Below are positions 40,200 through 52,600 of a stretch of 64,000 bases of DNA, one piece after another; the first letter of the stretch is position 1, and every line of letters starts with the position of its first letter. The DNA is from Macrostomum hystrix (lineage: Eukaryota > Animalia > Platyhelminthes): contig CATNEN010000038.1 in NCBI GenBank assembly GCA_950097015.1, positions 1,302,001 to 1,366,000 on the forward strand. Reading direction: 5' to 3'. Both the position numbers and the translations under genes were made by a program. The notes beneath the pieces were generated by a model. The model was not told the origin of the DNA. It saw only the letters and a list, made by a program, of their open reading frames with translations, and made no database searches.

Positions 40200-41856
40200 A
40201 TTACGCGTAAAAAGAGAAAACGCATAAATTCGAGGGTGATACTTTGCCCTTCTGTAAGTGATAATAATGCTATAATAGCTAGTATCGTGTTAGAATACTG
40301 ATTGTTTTTGTCTGGTTTGGTTAAAATATAAAGACGTTCTGTATTAATCATTATGCACTTAGCATCAAGCTCAAAAGTTGTTAATCTGAGTATCTGACAA
40401 TAAAGTTCACAAAATTAAAAGGTCTTGACTCTTGCTAGTCCTCAAGAATTCACAAGCTTAAAATCTCATGGTTGCTGGAGTTTAGCTATAAAAAATCGAT
40501 ATATTGCTTAACTAGGTTAGATAAATTGTCAGAAAAGTGACAAAATGTGTGCAAAAAATATTGCAACCAATAAAAAGTGGTGCACTACATGTTAATACTA
40601 GGCCTAATACAATTATATTTTTGTGTCATGAACCAAGACACTAGGGTACCAGATTGGGTCGACGTAAACATTAAAAAGACAATTAATAACTTTGGGGCCC
40701 TTATCATTGGAATTATGTAATGTACTGCAGTATAGGCTTAATAAATAATTCTTTAAGAATCCTACCTTTTACTTAGAGATTGGTGTTCTTAAAACTTGCT
40801 TGCTAATTCTATGAAATCATATGCTAGGCCTCTTATTATTAATGTAATGCATACAAACTCTTACCTTAATTCATTATAGTTACCTATGTAGTAAGATGCT
40901 TTTATCACTTTAAAAAAGTATAATTCATACCTATGCTCTTTGTTTAAATGTGCTAAATATTGTTTATATGTAAAAATAAAATATCACTAATTCTGTCAAT
41001 TTCATTCACCTTAACAAACCTTTTTGTGTATACAAATGATTGCAATTTCTGTGAGACAAATCAATGTGCCAGTGTAACGAAAAACAAATAAGCTTTTATT
41101 GAGTAAAGAGGTAAGAGTGTTTAAGTGTTGAGTTGGTTATTTGAGGCTGTGACCCTCTGATCCACAGAAAATGCCTAGCAAAGACAGGAGAATAAGAGAC
41201 CAATGCCTTAGAAAGATAAACTGTGCCAAGTGCCAATTGATACACTACCACATTGAGAGAGACAAATATAGAGTGTTAAGCCCTGTTATACCTACTTAGT
41301 TGCCACTTGTTAGGTTATATTATATATTTATATTTGACTATATTGTATATATATTATAGATTTATTATATCTAATTGACTACTTGAATATTAGAAATTAA
41401 CAAAACTCTCATAGGTTACCTCACCTTTTATATCTTATTTATCCCATTATTCTAAATCTCTCAGCTTTCTGACATTCTGACATATCTCATGTCCCCCTTT
41501 ATGATCTATTGACAAATTGTCTTTGTCTATTTTGTGTTTTGTCTTTTTTGTCGATAAGTACATATTTTTAATTCTGAATTTCTTTTTTAACCTTTATTGT
41601 TTGTGGAAGCCAAATTGTTATTGTAAATTATTAGAGCCATAATCAGGACATCATCTCTACCATATTGACAATTTAGACCTCAATACCTACTTAAAGTACT
41701 AGATGTACATAGAACCAACTTGTCCCCAATGTCTAATAAATGCAGGTGGACGCATCGGCTGAGCCACCTGAGTGCCTGCCAGCCTCAATTGTTGCTGACC
41801 ACAATCGCATCCCACCGTGGGATCCAGATCCGTTTAAGCACAGCGCCTGCTACTAA
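40200..41856 (+). promoter_or_regulatory. AUU-initiated, spliced upstream coding region (uCC-type uORF, 54 aa) in the leader of the ODC-like gene
   Basis: AAA-ATT start at 40200, ITRKKRKRINSRVILCPS, donor GTAAGT at 40254, acceptor TGCAG at 41745, in-frame VDASAEPPECLPASIVADHNRIPPWDPDPFKHSACY-TAA (41856). Basic N-terminus and PPW motif as in the AZIN1/ODC uCC. Confidence 0.85.
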
Positions 41857-42070
41857 CATTTACTGACTAATTAACCCTACTTTTTCAGTTCAATTTTCGT
41901 TTGTCTATCCTGAATAATTATTTTGTGTTCTTTATTCACTGCAAACAATTTTCCTTTCTCCGTGATTTTTGTCTCTGTCTACTGACAACTAATCAGTTCA
42001 GTAGAGTATAGCACGCTTTTATTCTAAGTAGCACACTAGAAAGCCAGTTAAATAGAAAATTATCTGCCCG

Positions 42071-43411
42071 ATGAGAGAGAGTCAGCAGGAGCAGAATCTG
42101 GAACATCATCAACAGCAGCAGCAGCAGCATCTGCTTTCAGCCCCAACGCCGGCATCATGCCCGCCAATCGGCTGCGCGCTCGCTCCCCACCTGTCCGGCC
42201 TAGTTGGCTGCGATGAGCCCGTAGTGGCCTGCGATTTAGCCAGCGCCCAGCGCTGCCTGGCCGACTGGGCTGCCAGATTTCCCAACGTGCACGCCTCAAC
42301 CAGCGCCCAGGCCTTGGGCAGTCGGCCGCTGACTCGCCTACTGGCCATCAGTGGCCGGGTGTCATTTCGAGCCTACTCAAAGGTTGGCGACTGAGACTCA
42401 GTGTTTTATGCTGCGTCTGCTGTTAGACCCGAGCTGACACCGTTGACCTATTTGGTACCCACCCCCATTCGTCCCCACAGTCCGACCTTGACGCGGCCGT
42501 GTCTGCTGGTGTCCCGGGCCACGCCATCCTACTGGCTAATCCGTGCAAAACTCGCGGCCTTGCTGGCCACGCTCGCCGACTTGGCGTTGGCGTCACCGTC
42601 TTCGACTCGGAGCCTGAGCTGCAACGCCTCGCCACCGCCTGGCCAGAGGTCGAGGTTCTGCTGCTCCTGGCAGCTTCGCCGCGCTGCCACCGCCTGGGCG
42701 CTCGGCCGGAAGACGCGCCGCGCCTGCTGGCCGCGGCTCGTCGTTACGGCCTTCGCGTCGCCGGCGTCGCCGTCTGGTTCGGTGACGACGAGGACATCGT
42801 TGGTGCCGAAGACGGCGAAGTCGACGGCTACGTTGACGCTGAGGGCGAATGGGCGACGGCTGCAGCCACAGCCTGCAGCACCTTAACCTTGGCCCGACGT
42901 CTTGGCCATGTCGGCGCTGACGTGGTCGACCTCGGCTGTCTGTCCACAGCTGTTCTGGCCGGCCGCGCCCTGCCAGCGTTTGATGCTGCCGCCGGTGAGT
43001 TAATCACCTCATAGATCCCCACTTCAGAGATCCTCATTTCAGATATCCTCACTGATGTTCTTTACAGATGTCGCCGAACTTGACAATGTGCGTCTCCAGC
43101 GTCCTCGTCTGCTCTGTGACCTGACGCCGGCTCTACTAGCCGAATCGGTTGTCATGGCAACCAAAGTGCTAGCGAAGGCGGCTGCGGAGCTGCCAGGCGG
43201 CTACAGCTACAGGCTGAGCGGACCCGGTCTTGGCGGCCAGCTGTGTGGCCTGTTCGGCCGGGAGGAGAGCAGCGACGGCGTGCCCAGCCGTCTTGCCGAT
43301 TGCGGCGGTGACCCGCTGACTCTGGTCCTGCCTGAGCTCAGCGTCGGTGATTGGCTGTTGTGGCGTGGCATGCGAGCTTGCCCAACTGCGGCACGCCTGA
43401 TGCACTGGTAA
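42071..43411 (+). CDS. Ornithine decarboxylase-like pseudoenzyme (antizyme-inhibitor-like), about 389 aa
   Basis: Exons 42071-42382, 42481-42994 and 43068-43411 in phase. ODC-fold landmarks WAARFPNV, ILLANPCK, VFDSEPEL, VVDLG and LPELSVGDWLLW retained; PLP-binding and catalytic residues replaced. The 3' end may splice at 43408. Confidence 0.85.
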
Positions 43412-43447
43412 GACTGCGTCAAAGTTGCTAATCAGATCCCATTTCCA

Positions 43448-44075
43448 AAAAACAATCCTTTAAGATCACCTCCTTCCACATCCCCTCCTTCCACATCCCC
43501 TCCTTCCACATCCCCTCCTTCCACATCCCCTCATTCCACATCCCCTCATTCCACATCCCCTCCTTCCACATCCCCTCATTCCACATCCCCTCCTTCCACA
43601 TCCCCTCATTCCACATCCCCTCCTTCCACATCCCCTCCTTCCACATCCCCTCATTCCACATCCCCTCCTTCCACACGGCCTCCTTCCATATGGCCTCATT
43701 CCACATCCACTCCTTCAACATCCCCTCCTTCCACATCCCCTCCTTCCACATCCCCTCCTTCCACATCCCCTCATTCCACATCCCCTCCTTCCACATCCCC
43801 TCATTCCACATCCCCTCCTTCCACATCCCCTCCTTCCACATCCCCTCCTTCCACATCCCCTCCTTCCACACGGCCTCCTTCCACATGGCCTCATTCCACA
43901 TCCACTCCTTCAACATCCCCTCATTCCACATCCCTTCTTCCACATCCCCTCCTTCCGCATCCCCTCCCTCCACATCCCCTCCTTCCGCATCCCCTCCTTC
44001 CACATCCCCTCCTTCCACATCCCCTCCTTCCACATCCCCTCCTTCCACACCCCCTCCTTCTACACTCCCTCCTTC
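43448..44075. repeat. 15-bp minisatellite (TCCTTCCACATCCCC)
   Basis: Direct periodicity. Confidence 0.95.
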
Positions 44076-47000
44076 TAGATCCAATCATTTCCGATCACTT
44101 CAGATCCCTACTTATAGATGATAGCCAACTCTAACGATACATCCCTATCGCTCTGACGTTGCCAGTCTGTTCACCGGCGAATTGATGGACACTAAGGCGG
44201 CCGCCTGTCTAGAAGAGGAGCCGCTGCCAGCCTCTTGAGCTGCTCAGCAATTTCTGTCGGGCCAGAAGAAGAGCAATCTACCAGCAGTGATTCTCCCTAG
44301 CCCATTCAGTTTCGCACACTGGCGCCTACTTTTTACCTTAAATTTTTTCTCTACTTTTTAAGCAACAATAAACGGTCAGGTGGCGATCGCTTCTCTGCGC
44401 CTACTATATTCGGCTATGTAACTACTAATTAGTAGGTAGCTCGGCGCACGCTTTCCTTATTTATCCAATTATCGCTTCTCGTTTTCCCCATAGATTGGCT
44501 GTTGTAGCTTTTCCATCGGTTAAGAATTTAGATTTTCTCAAATATTTTCTTAACCGCTTTTCTTATTGTCATTGAGTCATTTTAAACCACATTTTAACTA
44601 CTTTATCAATTGCGTCTGCTTATCACACAGAAGCCAATTAAATAATTACTGATCAAGCACTGATCAATTTACAGCCAGAATCGAGTTTGAACAGCAAAAC
44701 AATTGCAAACAAACAAATCGTTGTTATAACCACAACCACAGTGCGGGCGAAATTGTTCAGTGCAGGGCTTCATTATCTGTGTTATTCTACAGTTAAAAGC
44801 TATAGAGGCTTCTAGCACTATTATGCGCCCAATTTTGCAAATTCTTCCCAAAATCCGATTTCCGCGCTTTTACTGTGCCGCAATTATTTTGTTTAGTGTT
44901 TTTTTAAATGATTTTTTTCTTCTTTGAATCAAAATTGTTTTTTTTCCAGCACTTTTGCTGTTGCGTCTGTCTTTGGAGCTGCCGCTTTAGACATTTCAAA
45001 TCAAATCTATAAAAAATCATATTAGCGTGACTAAAACAAAAGCCAATGGGTATAAATATTTAGGTTTTGTACAGAGCAGCTCGACAGACTCATAGTTTGC
45101 CAATTGTTCCAGTTGTCGTGTTGAGTTATACAAATTTTATCTACAATCCTATATTATCTCATAAACCCATAATTAATAGCTTTTACACGCTAATATAGAA
45201 TTGTTGTCAGCCACAATGCTCCATTAATGTTATTTTCACTGAGTCAATTGTAATTCTCCAGTTTTTTTGGCAAGTCTTTAATTTTTTGCCGATCAAGTAG
45301 CTGAGAAGCGATGATTTCTGTTGTGCACGGAGCTGACTATAATTTGAAGATGCGATCTAATCTTATTAATAGCCTGCATGAACACTTAAGGCTGAAGAAA
45401 TCGGATGGCTTTTTTATTTTTAACAAGAACAATAAAAATGAATTAATTTCCGATTGCGACTTTAGTCGCACGAAAAATTCGCGCTAACATAGATTAACGC
45501 CCTCCGAGTCATAGCGCGCTTTTCTGATCACCAGTCCGTTCGTCAGCTTTTTGGCACAGGACCGGAGCGGCTCTTGCTATCAATTGCTATCGATTTTAAA
45601 ACCAAAACAAAAAATCGTCTTAGTTTATTTTTTTACTTTTTGTCTTTATTTACATGTGATACTGAGTTGTAACAAAATATAAAATGGAAAAATGGATTCG
45701 TCACAGTACCGAATACGGAGACGTTGATAGTTTTAGCACACGGATTCTAAAATTGAAGTCGCATAAAAAAACATTTTAGTTTCGATCTGTCATTATGCAT
45801 ATGATCTAAAGTGAGTTTTAGGTTAACAAAGGCCGTTGCAAACATAATGTAGGTGATTTTATCTGACTTATCTACGCAAAAAAGTTTGTCAGTTTCTTAT
45901 TGCATGGACTTCTACTAAAAATACTTATACTGGTTTTAATGCGTAAAACCATTTAGATAATTTAAAAATATTTTACTTAGAAACATATGTTAGCTATGCT
46001 TGCTTAGTCCATTGCTTTTTAAAACACATAAAGGTGTTATAAGTGTTGTAATTAGTTGAAAGCTTTCCTGCATTTTCCTTACTTTAGTCCCTTTTATTAA
46101 GTAGCGTATTTTTTATAAATCAATTTTCAGAACAGTATACATAACTCTTTCAATAGTTTCTAGATACAAATATTCAAAAGCAAAATGTTAATTTTTGCAC
46201 AATCAAGTGATTTATGTGTGCCATTTTTTGGTACGCTACATGAAGTAAATTAATTAAGTAGGCCTAACAAAACTGTAATATATTATAGAAACAGGATACT
46301 TGATGCTAAGTCATGTAGGTAATTATGTAATTGTGTAGCCTATTGATCCATCCTACCATACAGTCTTTTTGTAAAACAAACTAAATAATAAATAACAAAC
46401 ACAAAACTCCAGTCAACTAATCAAATCAGTCTAGCTAATTTGACATTGAGTGTTTATGAATAGGCCTACTTATGATTTATTGTTTCTGTATTTCTTTCTA
46501 TTCAAGTTATAAAAGCCAATTTTGTAACATAAATAAATTTATAATTTAAATCAAATCACCACTGAATCTGTTCTTCTAAAGTTTCATTTTCAGGCTCTAA
46601 ATTTTCATGACTGCATCTTATATTATAAATTATAGTTATTTATTTATATATAACTAAATTATACAGATTTGCTATATATAATCATTTAAATAATATAAAA
46701 CTAGCATCTACTCCTTGAAGGATTGCAAAAACAGATAGGGCACCAATTTAAAAATAGAATGCCACAAACTAGGAGATTAACAAAATTTTGATTACCAAAA
46801 ATTTTGTGCTGTGTGCCCTCATTAACAAGTAAAAGCAACTTTGTGTCCTATAAAAAATGTATTTTTGTAACAAAGTTTTAAGCTTTTGTGCTACTGTAGA
46901 GAAAGCTATAGGAATGCAGTGCAATCAAACTTGTTGAGTCATTCATAAACTCACTAAATGTGGCACTCAAACTCCAGTTACTTTAGTAACTGAACCATGA

Positions 47001-48483
47001 AGTTTTTGGGCTTAAAATGATGTGACCATTTTCCATGAAAAATGCAACGTTTTAAGTAAATGTAAAAATGTTAATGCTAAATACAAAAACAATGTCCTCA
47101 TTGTCAAAGGCACAAAAAAGCAAGAGCAGGTACAAAGAAAGAGCTTAACTTCCAGTACAGACATAATACTCTTTTGAACTTTTTAGTAGTAGGTGCAATG
47201 CATGAGCATATTGAAAAATGCATATATATATTGAGCGTATTTAAATAAAATACAGATAAAAGTAAAGAATAAACTGGCATATCAAAGAAAACTAGGATAA
47301 GCAATTCAAGGACCACAAATGAATTCATAACATTCTGTAGACAAAATAATGTAGTAAGCATGCAGTTTTACATTGCTTTATATAAAATGGCTCATTTAAT
47401 ATTCCAGAACTGTGAATAAAGACAGAAGCAATTATTAGAATGCAAACATAGCAAAACTTGACTGTAGACTAAGCAGTCAACAAGACTGTCCAGCCACACA
47501 GCAGAAAAATCAGAACACAAAACTAAGCCTAACAGTTCAACTCAGCATGTAGATGAATTGACACAGTGCTATAGTATGGGCAATTGTGAAAAAACAGGAA
47601 TTGGTCCAAGTGCAGAAAATGAAAAATCTGTTAGGTAGTCAGACCATTAAAAATTGTGCAAACATGACAACACAAAACTGAAGCTCAATTAGCTCCAAAC
47701 TTCAGTGGCTTGATGATGTAGCTGGCCTCTCTCAAGTGCACTTGGATGCTGCTACAGGTAGTCAATTGGGTCTGGATTGCCTTGGCTGAATGCAGAAGAC
47801 CAATTAACTGCCAATTGCTGCTGAGCTTAGTAATGCTCATGACATGCTAGACAGAATCTAAGTCTTTGATGAGCAGCTTGTTGAGATCTTCACAGTTTAG
47901 CCCAATGGCTGACAGATGTCTGGGGGACTGCCACCAGTGCCGGTTACCGGCAGTTGGGTGCATCTCTTTACTGCCATGAGACTGCTCAGCTCGGTTCAGT
48001 TTGGTTGGCCTAGTGCTCAATTCTGCTGCATTGGTGCTGTGCTAGGCTGCATGGCAACCACCTTGGTGCACAGTGCACGGAGCTTGTCAAGACATGAGCT
48101 CATTAAACATGGTGCACAAGCTCTAGTAACTCTCAGTCACCGAACCATGCCATTGGTTTGCCATACTATTGATTTTTAGAAATATGTTTCGAAGATAAAA
48201 AAATGAATACCTAATGCATATAAAAAAATAGTAATAAAGTTTTCTTGCAATTATCCTTATAAACTCTTAATCAACCTTACCATTAAATTGTATTATATTT
48301 TTAGACTAAATTGAACAAGTTTTTTAGTTTTTAAGCTTCTCTACTTTCAGTGTTCTTACAAAAAGTAAATCATAGATTGCCAAGTGCAGTACTGTGCAGA
48401 CTCCTATGAGCTGTGCAAGTTACCTATCAGCAGACTTACTGCGCAACTTATTAACCAGATTAGCCTATTAAGTAGACAGAACT

Positions 48484-51400
48484 ATGTCTGAGCAGACTGC
48501 TCAAGCGCAGCAGCAGCAGCAGCTGGAATGGCCTGAGTGCACCTCACCTGGCGGTCCAGTCTGGGCTGAGTTTCTGGACCCGCCGCTGCAATACACGGCC
48601 ATCGCCTCCTACACGGGAGCCGATGATGATGAGCTCAGCTTCTCAGCCGGAGCCCAGATACTGGTGGTATCACGTGACCCCAGGGACAGCAGGGACGAGG
48701 GCTGGTTTGTGGCTGTCGCAGCTTCTAACGCCAGTAACTCGACCGCCTCCAATCAGGCTAATGATTCCACCGCTGCCGCAGATGAAACTGAAGCTAGCTT
48801 GACTCAGCAAGAACAGCAGCAGCGGCCAGTTCTCAAATTATTACCCGGCAATTTTGTAAGGCCGTCTTCTGAGATTCGATCCAGCGGTGCTGATTATCAG
48901 CAGCAGCAGCAGCAGTGTCAGCTTCAGCAGCTTCGGTCGCCGCCAACAGTATCCTCGCACGAGATTAATTACGAATGCCTGTTGGGATCCGGCGGATTCG
49001 CCGAAGTCCACCGGGCCACCTGGCGCGGCCAGCCAGTAGCCGTGAAGCTGTTCAGTCGAAATTTCTCCCCGGACAAAGTGCGCCGCGAAGCGGAACTAAT
49101 CTGGCTGTGTCGGCATCCGAACATTGTTCAAGTCCTGGCCATTGTGACTGAGTCGCCGCCGGCCCTTCTATTGGAATTCGCCGCCGGCGGGGCGTTGAAC
49201 AATTTTCTGCGCGGCCGGCGACTACCGCCTGATGTGATTGTGCACTGGGCCAGCCAGGTGGCTCAGGGCATGCACTTTTTGCACCAGGGCGCCCCGGTCA
49301 CTGTGTTCCACCGCGATCTCAAGTCTAGCAATAGTGAGCTCTTTATTATATTGTACTTGTATGTCTACTTCTTTTATGCCACTAATTTCACGCAGGTTAT
49401 AACATTGGATTTCGGAAATTCCATTTTTGTTTCGTGGGATTTTATTATCCGTAAATTCCATATCCCATGATTTCATAATCCCAAGATTCCATATCGTGGG
49501 ATTTCATTATCCCTAGATTCCATATCGTGGGATTTCATAATCCCTAGATTCCATATCGTGGGATTTCATAATCTCTAGATTCCATATCGTGGGATTTCAT
49601 AATCCCTAGATTCCATATCGTGGGATTTCATAATCCCTAGATTCCATATCGTGGGATTTCATGATACCTAGATTCCATATCCCATGATTTCATAATACCT
49701 AGATTCCATATCCCATGATTTCATAATCCCTAGATTCCATTTCCTATGATTCATAATCCCTAGATTCCATATCCTATTATTCATAATCCCTAGATTCCAT
49801 ATCCTATTATTCATAATCCCTAGATTCCATATCCTATGATTCATAATCCCTAGATTTCATATCCTATGTTTCATAATCCCGAGATTCCATATCGTGGGAT
49901 TTCATAATACACAGATTCCATATCGTGGGATTTCATAATACACAGATTCCATATCGTGGGATTTCATAATACACAGATTCCATATCGTGGGATTTCATAG
50001 TACACAGATTCCATATAGTGGGATTTTAGAGTACTTGAAAAGTAACATTTTAATTTAAAGTATCTTGCTGATCGATGATCGCATATCTTGTTATTCCGTT
50101 GTGTGTGTGTTTTATGTAGATATTGCCATTCTAGAATATTAATGGCACAGCAGCTTATTACGTACACCAACAAGTCCGCGAGCTCAAAATTGATTTTAGC
50201 GGTACTGACAGCAACTTTAAGAGGCCGGATTCAATTTCTTATTTTCTCCTACCCTCCAACCCTGTCCTGCCACATCCACTCGGCCTTTCCCACCCCAGCT
50301 TCCGTCAACTCCGCATTCCATCCGGCTTGTCGCCCGGCCCGCCCACGCACTGAATGTAGGACAGCAATTGAGCCCCGGCTTTAATAATGTGAAATGAAAT
50401 TTTGGCTCTCCCAGATACACATCCTAGAGTGAGTGCTGAATTCTGAATGCTTTTGCTGTCTAAGTGTAAGTATAAATATATTATCTTCTCTAAAGTACAT
50501 GGAAAGCAAGTTGATGGATATTACTATTTTTATTATTATATCTGAATCTTTTACAAACTTATTCCCCTTGTTGTAAATTCCCCAACTTCAAAATGTCCCC
50601 ATTGTCGATTTCCCATCTTTAAAATGTCCAGTTTTTTTAGATTTCCTATCTTCAGAATATCCCCTTTTCGTGGACTCCACATCTTCAGAATATCCCCTTT
50701 TTGTAGACTCCCCATCTTAAGAATATCCCCTTTTTGTAGACTTCCCATCTTCGAAATTCCCCCCTTTGTGGACTGTACAGTCCAAATCCACGGACTGTAC
50801 AGAGAGAGCTTTACGCAAACTTTAGAAGCTCCGCGTCATAGCTGTGGCTATGCCACTAGCTTTATCCCAGTTAGGCTGCTTTCCGTTTAAATTTATTTGT
50901 GTGGTACTACTGCTAGCCATCTAACAAGTAGTACAGTGCGCGTTTTGAAAGACGTTAATAAAAAAACAAAATATATTGTTTAAACTTTCACAGTATTATT
51001 AAAATTTGCGCCTCGGCCGACATTGGACGATGCGGCTATTGAGGCAGATGAAGGACTCCTCGATGACGAAAGGCTGGCAGACGAGCATCATCGCCAGCAC
51101 AGCTGGCTGCTGTCCCAGGTGCTGCTCATCTCAGACTTTGGCCTAGCCAAAGAGAGCTGCCTGACCCTGCCAGATGTTGACGCCCCCGATGATGACGGCA
51201 ATGCCGACGAAGAAGCCGACCGTCGCGCCGCCGATGGCGGCGTTGGCACCCACGCGTACATGAGCCCTGAGCAGCTTCGCGGCCACTGTCCGTACACCTG
51301 GCATGCGGATGTCTGGTCCTACGGTGTTGTGCTGTGGGAGCTGCTCACTGGCGAAGTGCCCTACGCCAACCTGCTGCCCTACCAGATCATGTTCAACGTG

Positions 51401-52562
51401 GCCAGGGGTCTCTTCCGCCTGCCCATACCGGACTCGTGTCCAGGTGGCTTCCGGCGCCTGCTGGAGGACTGCTGGTCTGAGGCACCCGATGGTCGGCCGC
51501 CTTTCTCCGAGATCCTTTGCCGCCTGGGCGACATTGCGGCTGTTGAATTCGACGACTTTGATGAGCTGCAGGTAAGTCGGTTGTTACTTACTCAGCAATA
51601 ATCTTTTTTTAAATCCCTGTTCTTCCCTTCTGATCCCCTATCTTACCATCTAATACCCATCCTGCCATCTGATCCCAATTCTTCTCTTCTGCTCCTCATT
51701 CTTACCTTCTAATCCTAATTTTCGCCTTTAATTTCTGATTTAAGAATCGAATTTAAGATTCCTGTCTGGTCCCTATCTTGCTGTCTGATCTTTATACCCC
51801 ACTTTGATCGTTTTTCTTTCCTTCTAATCTCTTTTTCATTTTGATCTCTTCCCAAAAATACTGTTCGATTCCCTATCACTCTGCAATCTGACCCATCGCC
51901 CTCGCCCACTGGAACCCCAGGCGGACTGGCGCCAGCAGGTCAAAGCGGCATTCGACCAGCTGCGCGACAAGGAGCGCGAGCTCGAAGAGAAGGACCGGCA
52001 GCTTCAGGATGCGGAGCTGCGCATGCGCATGCTGGAGCAGCGCATGGCTGAGCAGAAGCAGCAGCACGACATCGAGGTGCTGTCCCGGGAGCTGACGATC
52101 TCCCTGCTGCAGGTGCAGCTGCAGTCTTCTGCGGCCGCCGCCTACGCAGCCCAGCACACTCCGCCGAAACCGCCGCGTCGGACGACCACCTTCAGGCGCA
52201 ACGGCGGCGGCGGCGGGTTGTCGTTCCTGAGATCCGGCGTCGGCGGTGTCGGCAATAATTCGCAGAATTCGTCGACAACGCCGGCAGCCGTCGCTGTTGG
52301 AAATGGCGACGCCGGTGGCTGCTCCGCTGCCGATGGCGGCGCCGTTCTGAGCATCTCCCAGCCGACGGATGTTAAGCACCTGTTTCATGTCAGCCACGAG
52401 CAGCTGAGCTTTGCCGGCTTTGCCAGCCCCGGCCTGATGTCGCGTGAGTGTACTTTGAACACCTTCGAGATGCAGTTGGAAGATTTCAGGAATGATTTGA
52501 CAAATTTCACTTGCAGAGAGTGGCTGCGGTTTTGGAATCTTCGAGTCGCCTTTGGCCCAACC

Positions 52563-52600
<38 letters not shown>

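Noticed and set aside
41740-41742. In-frame ATG just before the PPW exon (would give a 38-aa AUG uORF)
   Set aside because: It lies within the acceptor (AAATGCAG) and is removed by the 40254-41745 intron; relevant only if an unspliced or internally initiated transcript exists.
44118-44238. Possible extra coding exon or stop-codon readthrough extension of the ODC-like gene
   Set aside because: Splicing 43407 to 44118 gives TGA TGA TAG in frame, and no phase-compatible junction reaches the 37-codon frame; treated as probable 3' UTR.
50217-50385. Possible small MITE with TTAA-flanked imperfect inverted ends
   Set aside because: The inverted match is short and gapped; it cannot be supported without a repeat search.
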